60,069 bases of DNA from a candidate division WOR-3 bacterium (GTDB lineage Bacteria > Hydrothermota > UBA3072 > B12-G15): assembly GCA_965649055.1 (NCBI GenBank), contig CBFGJG010000009.1, positions 1 through 60,069 of the forward strand, read 5' to 3'. Shown piece by piece: positions 47,870 to 56,853 of this stretch (the first letter of the stretch is position 1; each line of letters opens with the position of its first letter). The notes below the pieces were generated by a model, which was not told the DNA's origin, ran no database searches, and was given only the letters and a program-made list of their open reading frames with translations. A program made the position numbers and the translations under genes.

Positions 47870-48908
47870 CTTTTTGTCCTAATCTTTCTCTTATAATATT
47901 GAATTTATTCTTTATATATTCGTATTTTTTTAATACATATTCTATCTTTTGAGCTATATTTTCAGGTTTAAAATTCTGAATGAGTTCCGGAACTACATAT
48001 TCATTAAGTATAATATTAACAAGACTCACAAACTTAAGTTTAGTTATAAAACGGGCAATTAAATAAGACAGATTTGATAATTTATATACAACAACCATTG
48101 GAGTTCCTATTATTGCTGATTCAAGTGTAGCAGTTCCAGAACTTATAACAGCGGCATCCGATATATTTAAAACATCATAGGTCTTCCCATAAAAAATTTT
48201 TATATCTTTCTCTCCTTCTATTACATTCTCAGCATAATTTTTATATTTTTCATTACTTAACGCTACTATTCCAAGAATATTTTTATCTCCTTTGAAAATC
48301 TTAAATCCCTCTATTATCAAAGGCAAGAGTGTTTTAATTTCATTTTCCCTTGAACCAGGAAGTAATGCAATTATCTTTTCATATTCTTTGAATTCTTCCC
48401 TTTTTATTTCATTTTTTATTTCGATGATATCCAATAATGGATTACCAAAATATGATGAATCAATCTTTTCCCTGTCAAAAATCTTCTTCTCAAAAGGTAA
48501 TATAGGATAAATATGTTTAACATATTTTTTTATACTCAAAATCCTATTCTTTCCCCAAGCCCATATCTGTGGTGCTATAAAATAAAAAACTGGTATATCA
48601 AATCTTTTTAATATCTTTGCAAAAGACAGGTTAAAACCAGGAAAGTCAATAAGTATAGCAAAATCGGGTTTCTTTTGTTTTATCCTCCTTATTAAAATAT
48701 TCCTTGCCTTAAGAATCTCTTTAAATTTAAAGATTGGCTCGAAAAATCCAAGAACCTCTATCTTATCCATAGGATATAAAATATCACAACCCTCTTTTTC
48801 CATTCTTTCCCCACCTATTCCAAAGAATTTAACATCCTTTTTTTTCTTAAAAGATTTCAAGAGGTTTGCAGCATGAATATCGCCCGAAGTCTCACCAGCA
48901 ATTATCAA
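47826..48908 (-). CDS. lpxB: Lipid-A-disaccharide synthase
   Basis: IIAGETSGDIHAANL, DFPGFN, LLPGSR and SGTATLE motifs. Confidence 0.9.
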   Translation of the reverse strand: MIIAGETSGDIHAANLLKSFKKKKDVKFFGIGGERMEKEGCDILYPMDKIEVLGFFEPIFKFKEILKARNILIRRIKQKKPDFAILIDFPGFNLSFAKILKRFDIPVFYFIAPQIWAWGKNRILSIKKYVKHIYPILPFEKKIFDREKIDSSYFGNPLLDIIEIKNEIKREEFKEYEKIIALLPGSRENEIKTLLPLIIEGFKIFKGDKNILGIVALSNEKYKNYAENVIEGEKDIKIFYGKTYDVLNISDAAVISSGTATLESAIIGTPMVVVYKLSNLSYLIARFITKLKFVSLVNIILNEYVVPELIQNFKPENIAQKIEYVLKKYEYIKNKFNIIRERLGQKGVYDRVVCDIIHRI

Positions 48909-49471
48909 TGCTTCCAGAGATACCTCCCAATAAACATAAGGATAACCGATATTATTGTAACAATTGTGCTTGACTCAATTTTTAAAGTAGTCTTAATATC
49001 TCTTTTTCTTCTTGCTTTAAAATAAATCTTTTTAGGGATTATTGCTGGAACTTTCTTTTTATATTCAACGTATTCTTGTTTGAATTTATCAAGTAGATAT
49101 TTTTCTTCTTCATAAACAATAATAAAATAATAAATAAAAAAAACAAAAGTAAATAAAGGTATAGTGATAAAAAGATAAAAATTAGAAATAATAACAATAC
49201 CGAGTGCGATAAAAAAATTTGCCAAATAAAAAGGATGCCTTACAATACTATAAGGCCCTTCAGTTAAAAGATATTCCCCACCAACCTGATTTCCCCTCAT
49301 CCAATCACCTGTATATCCTTGTATTACCATACGCATCAAAATCCCGGAAATTGATATTAAAATCCCTACAATAATACTCGTTATGTTTGAATTGGAAAAA
49401 ACAAGCAAAAATATAAAAAAAGGAACAGGTATGAAAGACCTGTATTTAAAAAAAAGACTTCCCAGACTCAT
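48905..49471 (-). CDS. ICMT/PEMT-family membrane methyltransferase
   Basis: LLTEGPYSIVRHPFYLANF plus EEKYLLDKFKQEYVEYKKKVP is the typical isoprenylcysteine carboxyl/phospholipid methyltransferase C-terminal signature. About 4-5 TM segments. Confidence 0.75.
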   Translation of the reverse strand: MSLGSLFFKYRSFIPVPFFIFLLVFSNSNITSIIVGILISISGILMRMVIQGYTGDWMRGNQVGGEYLLTEGPYSIVRHPFYLANFFIALGIVIISNFYLFITIPLFTFVFFIYYFIIVYEEEKYLLDKFKQEYVEYKKKVPAIIPKKIYFKARRKRDIKTTLKIESSTIVTIISVILMFIGRYLWKH

Positions 49472-50409
49472 ATCTTTCTGAGATTTTCCCTTATTTTATC
49501 AAGAATCATTGTGGCAATATAAAGTGATTCTCGTGATTCTTCAGGTGTTATTTCGGGTTTTCTCATATTTAAAACTGCCTCTGCAAATGAAAGGTCTTCA
49601 AGATAAATTGGCTCTTCATTTCCTGCTTTAATCATTTCTCTTTTTATCTCGGGTTTGCCATTTATCATCTTCAATGTATAAACTTCTGAAAACCTTTCTA
49701 TTAAATTTATTGAAATGTAAGCATATCTCTGGAAAAACCTTATTTTTCTCATCTTATCCTTAGATATCCTGCTTGCGGTTAGGTTTGCAGTTGCACCATT
49801 CTCAAATTCAATCCTTGCATTTGCTATATCTATATAATTAGATATAATCGGAATACCAATCGCACTAACTGATTGAATAGGAGATTTTATAAAATAACGA
49901 ACAAGGTCAATGTCATGAACCATAAGGTCAAGGACAACTGACACATCATCACCTCTTCCTGCAAAAGGTGATAATCTATGTGATTCAATGAATAGTGGCT
50001 CTTTGATAAATTCTTTTACTGAAATAAAAGCCGGATTGAATCTTTCAATAAAACCTGTCTGAAGAATTAAATTTTTCTCTTTACTTAATCTTGTGAGTTC
50101 ATCTGCTTCTTGCAATGAAAAAGTCAATGGTTTTTCAACAAAACAATGTTTCCCCATTTCCAATGCCTTCTTTGTTATTTCAAAATGTGTTGAGGTCGGG
50201 GTTACTATAAATACACATTCACTCTTTTCTATCAACTCATCCATACTATTTGAAGCATTAACCGAAAATTCACTTGAGATACTTTCAAGCCTTTCTTTGT
50301 TTGTATCATAAATGCCAACAATATCAAAATAATCAATTTTTTTTATGTTTCTCAGATGATGATAACCAAGATAACCGATTCCAATTATCCCTGTTTTTAT
50401 CTTTGTCAT
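49468..50409 (-). CDS. Gfo/Idh/MocA family NAD(P)-dependent oxidoreductase
   Basis: N-terminal Rossmann KTGIIGIGYLGYHH and the EKP motif (HCFVEKPL). Confidence 0.85.
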   Translation of the reverse strand: MTKIKTGIIGIGYLGYHHLRNIKKIDYFDIVGIYDTNKERLESISSEFSVNASNSMDELIEKSECVFIVTPTSTHFEITKKALEMGKHCFVEKPLTFSLQEADELTRLSKEKNLILQTGFIERFNPAFISVKEFIKEPLFIESHRLSPFAGRGDDVSVVLDLMVHDIDLVRYFIKSPIQSVSAIGIPIISNYIDIANARIEFENGATANLTASRISKDKMRKIRFFQRYAYISINLIERFSEVYTLKMINGKPEIKREMIKAGNEEPIYLEDLSFAEAVLNMRKPEITPEESRESLYIATMILDKIRENLRKI

Positions 50410-50415
50410 ATAGAT

Positions 50416-50443
50416 ATAATTATAAAAAATTTAAGTTTGTCAA
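50416..50443 (-). promoter_or_regulatory. Possible promoter of the gfo-icmt-lpxB-DUF374-waaA operon
   Basis: On the minus strand, TTGACA(50443-50438) lies exactly 28 nt before ATG(50409). The hexamer in the -10 position is a weak AATTAT. A better TATAAT sits 3 nt further upstream. Confidence 0.4.
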
Positions 50444-51477
50444 ACAATCTTTAAAAATTTATTGTTAAGCATCTCAAACAATAATTTGTTTGATTCAACA
50501 ATAATGTTCCGAACTTCTCTATAAACTGAAAGATTTTTACCTATCGGATCAGGAATCTCCTGAAGACCTAAGATTTTATAGAACGGGAAAATCTTATATT
50601 TATTCACACCATATGTAATAAGAATCTCAGAATGTTTCTTCCCAACAGGTAAAATAATATCAGAAATATCTACCAGATCCTTTGAAACCCCTTTTGATAT
50701 ATGTGGGGTAATATCAATATCTATTTCATTCATCACAATCACAGCTTCAATAGAAGGTGGCATACCATAAATATTCATAGTCCCGCAGGAATTAACTAAA
50801 AAATTATCTTCTTTATCAATACTCCTAAAATGAAACTCTGCCATAGGGCTTCTACAAGTATTTCCCGAACAAACAAACAAAAGGTTCAATTTTATTCCCT
50901 TTGATATAAAAACCATTCCTGTCTTCGCTTCTACCTCAAGAACGGGCATTGCCCCTTTTCTCAGAATAACGGGTTTCTCACCGGAGATATCAACAACAGT
51001 TGATTGAATTCCAATTTTTGATTTTCCTTTTATAAAAAAATCAACATTTAAATCAATCTGTTCGGAAGAAATAGCAGGTGAAAAACCGGAGATATTTGCC
51101 GATGTAGCTACAATAGGTTCATTGATTTCATTCATCACTTCACACAAAAAATCATCGTCTGGTATTCTTATACCTATTTTCCCTTCCTTAGATATAAAAC
51201 TATATTTATCATCAATGATTTTAAATACAAGAGTTAAAGGACCTTTCATATCCTTTAAAAGGTTTTTTGCATAGTCAGGTATTAAAACATTCAATCTTGA
51301 AAGCCACGAAACATCAGGTATAAATATTGCGAATGGCTTATCTCCCGACCTTTTTTTCAAAGCCCTCAATCTATCAACACATTCCTTATCTATTATACAT
51401 CCTATTCCATAGACAGTATCAGTTGGAAAACCTACTATCTTCTTTTCCTTTAATGCTTTTATAAATTCTTCCTTCAT
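50440..51477 (-). CDS. Fusion of L-threonylcarbamoyladenylate synthase (TsaC/YrdC domain) with a low-molecular-weight phosphotyrosine/arginine phosphatase domain
   Basis: N-terminus has GFPTDTVYGIGC and ATSANISG. C-terminus has LLFVCSGNTCRSPMAE (CX5R(S/T) P-loop) and IPDPIG (general acid DP). Confidence 0.85.
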   Translation of the reverse strand: MKEEFIKALKEKKIVGFPTDTVYGIGCIIDKECVDRLRALKKRSGDKPFAIFIPDVSWLSRLNVLIPDYAKNLLKDMKGPLTLVFKIIDDKYSFISKEGKIGIRIPDDDFLCEVMNEINEPIVATSANISGFSPAISSEQIDLNVDFFIKGKSKIGIQSTVVDISGEKPVILRKGAMPVLEVEAKTGMVFISKGIKLNLLFVCSGNTCRSPMAEFHFRSIDKEDNFLVNSCGTMNIYGMPPSIEAVIVMNEIDIDITPHISKGVSKDLVDISDIILPVGKKHSEILITYGVNKYKIFPFYKILGLQEIPDPIGKNLSVYREVRNIIVESNKLLFEMLNNKFLKIV

Positions 51478-52250
51478 AGTAAAAATGGAACAGGTATGAA
51501 AGTTAATATAAATATAATTATTGATATTATACCAATTATCTTTGTTTTCATATCAACTTCTGCTAAATCATCGTTTGTTGGTGGATGAACTGTTCCTATA
51601 AGTAGTAAAGTCACAAGACTGAAGAAAAGCCATCCATTCCAGAATATTCCAAACAAAACCATTATGCAAACAGAAATAATACTGATTAATCTTTGTTTTC
51701 TTGGAAAAAGTCCATAGATAATATGACCACCATCAAGTTGACCTATTGGGAAAAGATTCATAGCAGTTACAAAATATCCTATCCAGCCTGCAAATGCTAC
51801 TGGATGTAGTATTATATCATAACCTTCTTTTATTTCTTTAAATGTTATTTTTGAAATAAGATAGAAAAGGAGAGAATTCCCAAGTTTTATTCCTTCAAGA
51901 TCTTCTGCAGGTGCAACAGAGGAAATTTTCAAACCGAAAATAATTGCAAATGTAGAAACAATAAATCCAACTATTGGTCCGGTTGAACCAACCTGAATCA
52001 GTGCTTTTCTATCTGGGATCTGTGATTGCATCTTTATTACAGCACCAAATGTTCCTATGAAATGAGGTGCAGGAATAAAATAAGGTAACGTTGCCATAAT
52101 CCCATTCCTCTTTGCACTGAAATAATGTCCAAGTTCATGAGAACCAAGAATCAATATGATTGAAGCAGAAAATGGTATTCCATAAATAAGGTTTTTAAGA
52201 ATTAATGGATTGTAGCCCCTCTGCATTGTTCCGGCAATCAATGTTGTCAT
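51474..52250 (-). CDS. Site-2 protease (M50 family) membrane metalloprotease
   Basis: HELGHYFSAKRNG and NLFPIGQLDGGH motifs, polytopic. Confidence 0.88.
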   Translation of the reverse strand: MTTLIAGTMQRGYNPLILKNLIYGIPFSASIILILGSHELGHYFSAKRNGIMATLPYFIPAPHFIGTFGAVIKMQSQIPDRKALIQVGSTGPIVGFIVSTFAIIFGLKISSVAPAEDLEGIKLGNSLLFYLISKITFKEIKEGYDIILHPVAFAGWIGYFVTAMNLFPIGQLDGGHIIYGLFPRKQRLISIISVCIMVLFGIFWNGWLFFSLVTLLLIGTVHPPTNDDLAEVDMKTKIIGIISIIIFILTFIPVPFLL

Positions 52251-52312
52251 AATTGTTAAGATAAAAAGAATAATATTTATTAAATTTCTCTTAAAGATTA
52301 AATCTTTCAGTT

Positions 52313-53866
52313 TTACATCCTTTCAGGTGCATTTACACCCATAAGTTCAAGTGTGATTTTAACAACATTTTTAAAAGCCTTGGAAAGTATCAATCTTGGA
52401 ATTACCTTCTCTTCTTCTCCACCTATAATTCTTCTTTTCTGATAAAAATTATGGTAATATGATGAGAGATTAATGAGAAAAGAAGTCAAAAGGTGAAGTG
52501 TTCTATTTTCAAGAACATCCTGAAGAAATTCTGGGTAAAAATAAAGTTCCCTCAATATTTTTATCTCCTCATCATCGTTGAGTAAATTCACTTTTTCTGT
52601 TTCAATTTCCTTATAACCCTTCTTCTCTGCAAAATCAAGTAAAGAACATATCCTTGCATGGCTGTATTGAACATAATAAACGGGATTTCTATCGCTCTGT
52701 TCTTTCGCAAGATTTATATCAAAATCCATAGGTGTTGATGCATCCCTCATCAGGAAGAAAAATCTTGCAGGGTCTACTCCAACTTCATCAATAAGTTCAT
52801 CCATTGTTATAAAACTACCAGCTCTTTTTGACATCTTAAGAAGTATCCCATCTTTTAAAAGGTGAACCCATTGGACTATTATCACTTCAAGTTTATCTTC
52901 AAATCCTAAATCCTGTAAAGCAAGTTTTAGATCAGGAACATGAGCAATATGGTCCGGTCCAAGTAAATCTATCAGATGGTCATATCCTCTTTCATATTTA
53001 TAAATATGATATGCAATATCTGGAACAATATAAGTATAGGAACCATCTGATTTAACAAAAACCCTATCCCTTTCACCTTTATATAAAACAGCACCATCCT
53101 TTCTAAACAATTTACCCTTAGATTCTAATCTTTTCAGGAATTCTTCAATCCTACCAGAATCCCTTATCCATTTTTCACTTACAAAATTTTCAAAATTTGT
53201 CCTGTATCTTTCAAGCGTCTTCTTCTGCATATTCATAATATAATTAATCGAGAAATTTTTAATATCTTCAATCTTCTTATCGATAACTTCTTTAGCAATA
53301 TCCTTTATGTATTCTCCTAAATATCCACCTTCAGGGAATTGGAATATTTCACCTTTTATTTCTTTTATCCTTGCAATCACGGAATCCTTCAGCAATTCAA
53401 CCTGTTGCCCACCATCATCAACATAGTATTCAGAATCAGCAGAATATCCAAGATATCTTAATAATCTAACTAACGTATCACCAAAGGCAGCAGCCCTTGC
53501 ACTTGCAATATGTAAAGGGCCTGTAGGGTTAGCACTAACATATTCAACATTAATTTTCTTACCCAAACCAATATTATTACTTCCGTAATTCTCTTTTAAT
53601 ACATTAATTAAATTATTCTGATATGTTTCCTTTTTCAAAAATATATTGATAAATCCCTTTATGACCTCTATTTTTTCAATCTCATCAAGTTCTATTTTTT
53701 TAGCAATTTCCCTTGCAACATCATCAGGATTTCTCTTTTCTTTTTTTGCTTTTTGAAAAGCAATATTGGTTGTATAATCTCCAAAAGATTCTTGAGGTCT
53801 TGTAATCTTTACTCCTGATTCCCCGCTTATCTCTTTTATTAAATCTTCAATCTTCTTTCTCATCAT
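52313..53866 (-). CDS. argS: Arginine--tRNA ligase
   Basis: SANPTGPLHIASAR (HIGH-type) and LKMSKRAGS (KMSK) motifs, plus an anticodon-binding C-terminus. Start set at MMRKKIEDL. The track start at 53926 lies well inside rsfS. Confidence 0.92.
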   Translation of the reverse strand: MMRKKIEDLIKEISGESGVKITRPQESFGDYTTNIAFQKAKKEKRNPDDVAREIAKKIELDEIEKIEVIKGFINIFLKKETYQNNLINVLKENYGSNNIGLGKKINVEYVSANPTGPLHIASARAAAFGDTLVRLLRYLGYSADSEYYVDDGGQQVELLKDSVIARIKEIKGEIFQFPEGGYLGEYIKDIAKEVIDKKIEDIKNFSINYIMNMQKKTLERYRTNFENFVSEKWIRDSGRIEEFLKRLESKGKLFRKDGAVLYKGERDRVFVKSDGSYTYIVPDIAYHIYKYERGYDHLIDLLGPDHIAHVPDLKLALQDLGFEDKLEVIIVQWVHLLKDGILLKMSKRAGSFITMDELIDEVGVDPARFFFLMRDASTPMDFDINLAKEQSDRNPVYYVQYSHARICSLLDFAEKKGYKEIETEKVNLLNDDEEIKILRELYFYPEFLQDVLENRTLHLLTSFLINLSSYYHNFYQKRRIIGGEEEKVIPRLILSKAFKNVVKITLELMGVNAPERM

Positions 53867-54203
53867 ATTCCCAGTATGGTGCATCTCCCCAGAATTTTTC
53901 AATATTATAAAATTTTCTGACATCATCTAAAAATATATGTATTACGAAATCAACAAAATCAAGAAGTATCCAGTGCCCATACTCATATCCTTCAATATGG
54001 TGAAGACCATATTTTTCCTCAAACCTTTCAATAAGATGTTCTGCAATGGCTTTTGTATGGGAATCAGACTCACCTGAACAGATGATGTAAAAATCTGTTA
54101 TTGCATCAAACTTTCTTAAATCGATACAAACAATAGAATTCCCTTTTTTATCGTAGATTTCCTTCATAATTGAATTCATTGTTTTTTTAGTTATTCTTCT
54201 CAA
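53847..54203 (-). CDS. rsfS: Ribosome silencing factor RsfS (iojap family)
   Basis: DFYIICSGESDSHTKAIAEHL and WILLDFVDFVIHIF motifs. Confidence 0.92.
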   Translation of the reverse strand: MRRITKKTMNSIMKEIYDKKGNSIVCIDLRKFDAITDFYIICSGESDSHTKAIAEHLIERFEEKYGLHHIEGYEYGHWILLDFVDFVIHIFLDDVRKFYNIEKFWGDAPYWEYDEKED

Positions 54204-54595
54204 TTTCTTCTCCTTTTTATTATTTTTAAATTTTTTACATCATTACCTAAAATTACAATAACCTGTTCTGTGTATGTCGTATCAATTATGGGAATATAAG
54301 TTTTTATTTTCAGATAACTTGCTATCTTTTTTGCATATTCACACTTATTTGAATACCTGTCAACAACAACTGTTTTTATCTCTTGTTCTGGTATATTCGC
54401 TGTATAAATAACATCAACATATTTCATTTTAAGGTATTCAGAAAAAAAATTGTTCAGACTTTTATCTCCACTTGCATTAAGGATCACTACCCTTATTGGT
54501 TCTAATCTATTCTTTTTTAGCATTGAAAAGAGAAAAACAAAAAGAATGAAAATAATTAATATAGTGAGAAGGGAGTTTCTTCCCTTATTCATCAA
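54200..54595 (-). CDS. LytR_C-domain protein (single N-terminal TM segment)
   Basis: One TM segment, then IRVVILNASGDKSLNNFFSEYLK...VIVILGND, typical of the LytR cell-envelope-related C-terminal domain. Confidence 0.6.
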   Translation of the reverse strand: MMNKGRNSLLTILIIFILFVFLFSMLKKNRLEPIRVVILNASGDKSLNNFFSEYLKMKYVDVIYTANIPEQEIKTVVVDRYSNKCEYAKKIASYLKIKTYIPIIDTTYTEQVIVILGNDVKNLKIIKRRRN

Positions 54596-55532
54596 TTATG
54601 GTTCCCCTCTTAACAATTGTCCCGTCCGGGATATTTGCATTATTAAGGAAACAAAAAGGTTCAACTATACAATTTTCACCCAAATGTGTTTTTCCTTTCA
54701 AAACATTAAAAGGAAAAATCTCTGAATCTCTTCCAATCGTAACATCAGGTGTAATATATATAGATTCGGGAAAATGGAAAGTAACACCTTCTTCCTGTAA
54801 TTTTTTGATGATACGATTTTTTATAATCCTTTCAATGTTTGCCAGTTCCATTCTTGTATTTATTCCCTCAACTTCATTCGGGTCATCGCAAATAACACCT
54901 CTTATAATACCTTTACCCTCTTTTATTTTTCCAATCACATCTGTAAGATAATATTCACCTTGTGCATTCCTGTTATCTATCTTTACAATATTCTCTTCAA
55001 GTTTATCTTTTTTAAACAAATAGACACCACTATTAACCTCTCTAATCTTTTTTTCTTCCTCTGTTGCATCTTTTGCTTCAACTATCCTTAGAATCTCTTC
55101 TTTTTCCCTTACTATTCTACCATAATGTGATGGTTCTTCGGGTATAAATGTAAGTATAGTGCAGTCAGAATTTTTTGAAGTATGTTCATTAACCATTTTT
55201 AAAATGGTCTCTTTCCGCAAAAGTATAACATCACCTGAAAGAACAATAATATCTCCATTAAAATCTTTTAATCTTTCAAGCCCTCTTTTAACTGCGTCAC
55301 CAGTTCCAAGTGGTTCTTCCTGATATGCATAATCAATACCTTCAAACTTACCCTTTATCTCTTCCCCGTTTTTCCCATAGACAACCACTATCCTTTCAGG
55401 TAAAATAGATTTCGCTAATTCTATAACATACCACAATAAAGGTTTACCAAGAATTTCATGAAGGACTTTAACCTTCTTTGATTTCATCCTCTTACCTATT
55501 CCGCCAGCCATTATTATAACACCTAATTTCAT
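54585..55532 (-). CDS. GlmU-like sugar-1-phosphate nucleotidyltransferase with a truncated beta-helix C-terminus
   Basis: IIMAGGIGKRMKSKKVKVLHEILGKPLL and GTGDAV match the GlmU pyrophosphorylase domain. Only about 70 aa of hexapeptide repeat follow, for a total of 315 aa. Confidence 0.75.
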   Translation of the reverse strand: MKLGVIIMAGGIGKRMKSKKVKVLHEILGKPLLWYVIELAKSILPERIVVVYGKNGEEIKGKFEGIDYAYQEEPLGTGDAVKRGLERLKDFNGDIIVLSGDVILLRKETILKMVNEHTSKNSDCTILTFIPEEPSHYGRIVREKEEILRIVEAKDATEEEKKIREVNSGVYLFKKDKLEENIVKIDNRNAQGEYYLTDVIGKIKEGKGIIRGVICDDPNEVEGINTRMELANIERIIKNRIIKKLQEEGVTFHFPESIYITPDVTIGRDSEIFPFNVLKGKTHLGENCIVEPFCFLNNANIPDGTIVKRGTIIDE

Positions 55533-55538
55533 ATGACT

Positions 55539-55566
55539 ATAATATGGAGAATTTAAAAAATTTCAA
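55539..55566 (-). promoter_or_regulatory. Predicted promoter of the glmU-like/rsfS/argS operon, leaderless geometry
   Basis: On the minus strand: TTGAAA(55566-55561), 16 nt, TATTAT(55544-55539), 6 nt, ATG(55532). Confidence 0.55.
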
Positions 55567-55570
55567 GTTT

Positions 55571-56167
55571 TTAATGACCAAAATATTTATCCAATTCTTT
55601 TTTGAATCTTTTATATGATTCTTCTCTTTCTATTCTCTTAGCCATATCAACATTACCCATATAAAATTTTAAGAAAAGTGGGAATGTGAAAACAGCACCT
55701 ATATAATCCCTTTCCTTTATCCTTGAATATAGATAATAAAAACTAAGGGCATTCCAGAAAAATGAAAATATTCCATCTCTGTATTTACCGTAGATTATCT
55801 GTGAACTTCCGGGTATTATATAAGAGAAATATATTTTTTTAGATACATTCTCATAATTAGAAATGATTTTATTCAATTCTATATCATCCTCGTCAATGAG
55901 TATCTTTAAATCCTCAATATTCAATGTAATCCCAAGAATATACTTGTAATCATTCTCAAACGCCCCATCAATAAAGTTCAATCTTCCATACCAGTAAAGT
56001 GCTTTATCATAATCACCTAAATTCTTATAACATTCTGCAATCATCTTCATTGAATTTATTGTGTCCTGACCCATAAAAAGTTCCCGCTTGTATTCTGTCA
56101 AAGCCCTGAAATAATCACCTTTAAAAAAAAGTTCATCTGCAAATGTTGAAATAAAAAGTATCACCAT
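55571..56167 (-). CDS. TPR-like plus 2-TM membrane protein, paralog B
   Basis: GDYFRALTEYKR and YIIPGSSQIIYGKYRDGIFSF motifs, shared with the upstream paralog. Confidence 0.6.
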   Translation of the reverse strand: MVILFISTFADELFFKGDYFRALTEYKRELFMGQDTINSMKMIAECYKNLGDYDKALYWYGRLNFIDGAFENDYKYILGITLNIEDLKILIDEDDIELNKIISNYENVSKKIYFSYIIPGSSQIIYGKYRDGIFSFFWNALSFYYLYSRIKERDYIGAVFTFPLFLKFYMGNVDMAKRIEREESYKRFKKELDKYFGH

Positions 56168-56853
56168 TCTATTGAATTTTCCAGTTTATTTAAAAATTCC
56201 AGTTTCAGTCTATTGTTATAAATCTTAACAGAAACAAATGAACCAAATATCTCACCAGCATAAAAAACACCTGTTACACCTGCTAAAATTCCTGCTACAA
56301 GATAATAATCTTTTTTATAATAGTAATATGCTGAATAACCTGTTGATATGATTGTAACAAGTGAAAATATACCATCTCCCAACCTTCCTGCATATATTCT
56401 TCCAGAACCAGGTATTATCATGGACAGAATTGAACCAAGGTATGGATTTTTATATGTAGGGCATTTCTCCTGTATATTTAAAATACCTATTCCATCACTA
56501 CATCTATTTTCTTTAATAAAAATAAGTCCTATCTTCTTATCCTCCCAGTATTTTTTCGCACTGTCCAATAAATCTGCCTTATAAAAAATCCACCCTTTGA
56601 TATTATTATAATCTTTATCTCTGTTCTTAATCTCGTCCATTATACTCAAAGCATTTCCATAGTCTCCTTCCCTGATATAAATGTTGGCAATTCTGTATCT
56701 TATTGAATCAACATCATTATAATATAAGTATCTTTTGTATTCAGTTATAGCCCTGAAATAATCTCCTTCTTTCTCAAGGTTTCTCGCAAATAATAATATC
56801 TCTTCAGGTGACATAAAAAAGATTAAAGTTAGAATCATACATCTTCCTTTCAA
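56161..56853 (-). CDS. TPR-like plus 2-TM membrane protein, paralog A
   Basis: GDYFRAITEYKR and MIIPGSGRIYAGRLGDGIFSL motifs. The start overlaps the Ldh2 stop (ATGA). Confidence 0.6.
   Translation of the reverse strand: MKGRCMILTLIFFMSPEEILLFARNLEKEGDYFRAITEYKRYLYYNDVDSIRYRIANIYIREGDYGNALSIMDEIKNRDKDYNNIKGWIFYKADLLDSAKKYWEDKKIGLIFIKENRCSDGIGILNIQEKCPTYKNPYLGSILSMIIPGSGRIYAGRLGDGIFSLVTIISTGYSAYYYYKKDYYLVAGILAGVTGVFYAGEIFGSFVSVKIYNNRLKLEFLNKLENSIEW

Noticed and set aside
52290-52312. Hairpin AAAGAT-TAA-ATCTTT downstream of argS as a terminator, and a promoter for the S2P gene in the 62-nt gap
   Set aside because: The stem is 6 bp of A/T-rich sequence without a U-run. No TTGACA-like hexamer lies at the recurrent 28-nt distance from ATG 52250, so co-transcription with argS is more likely.
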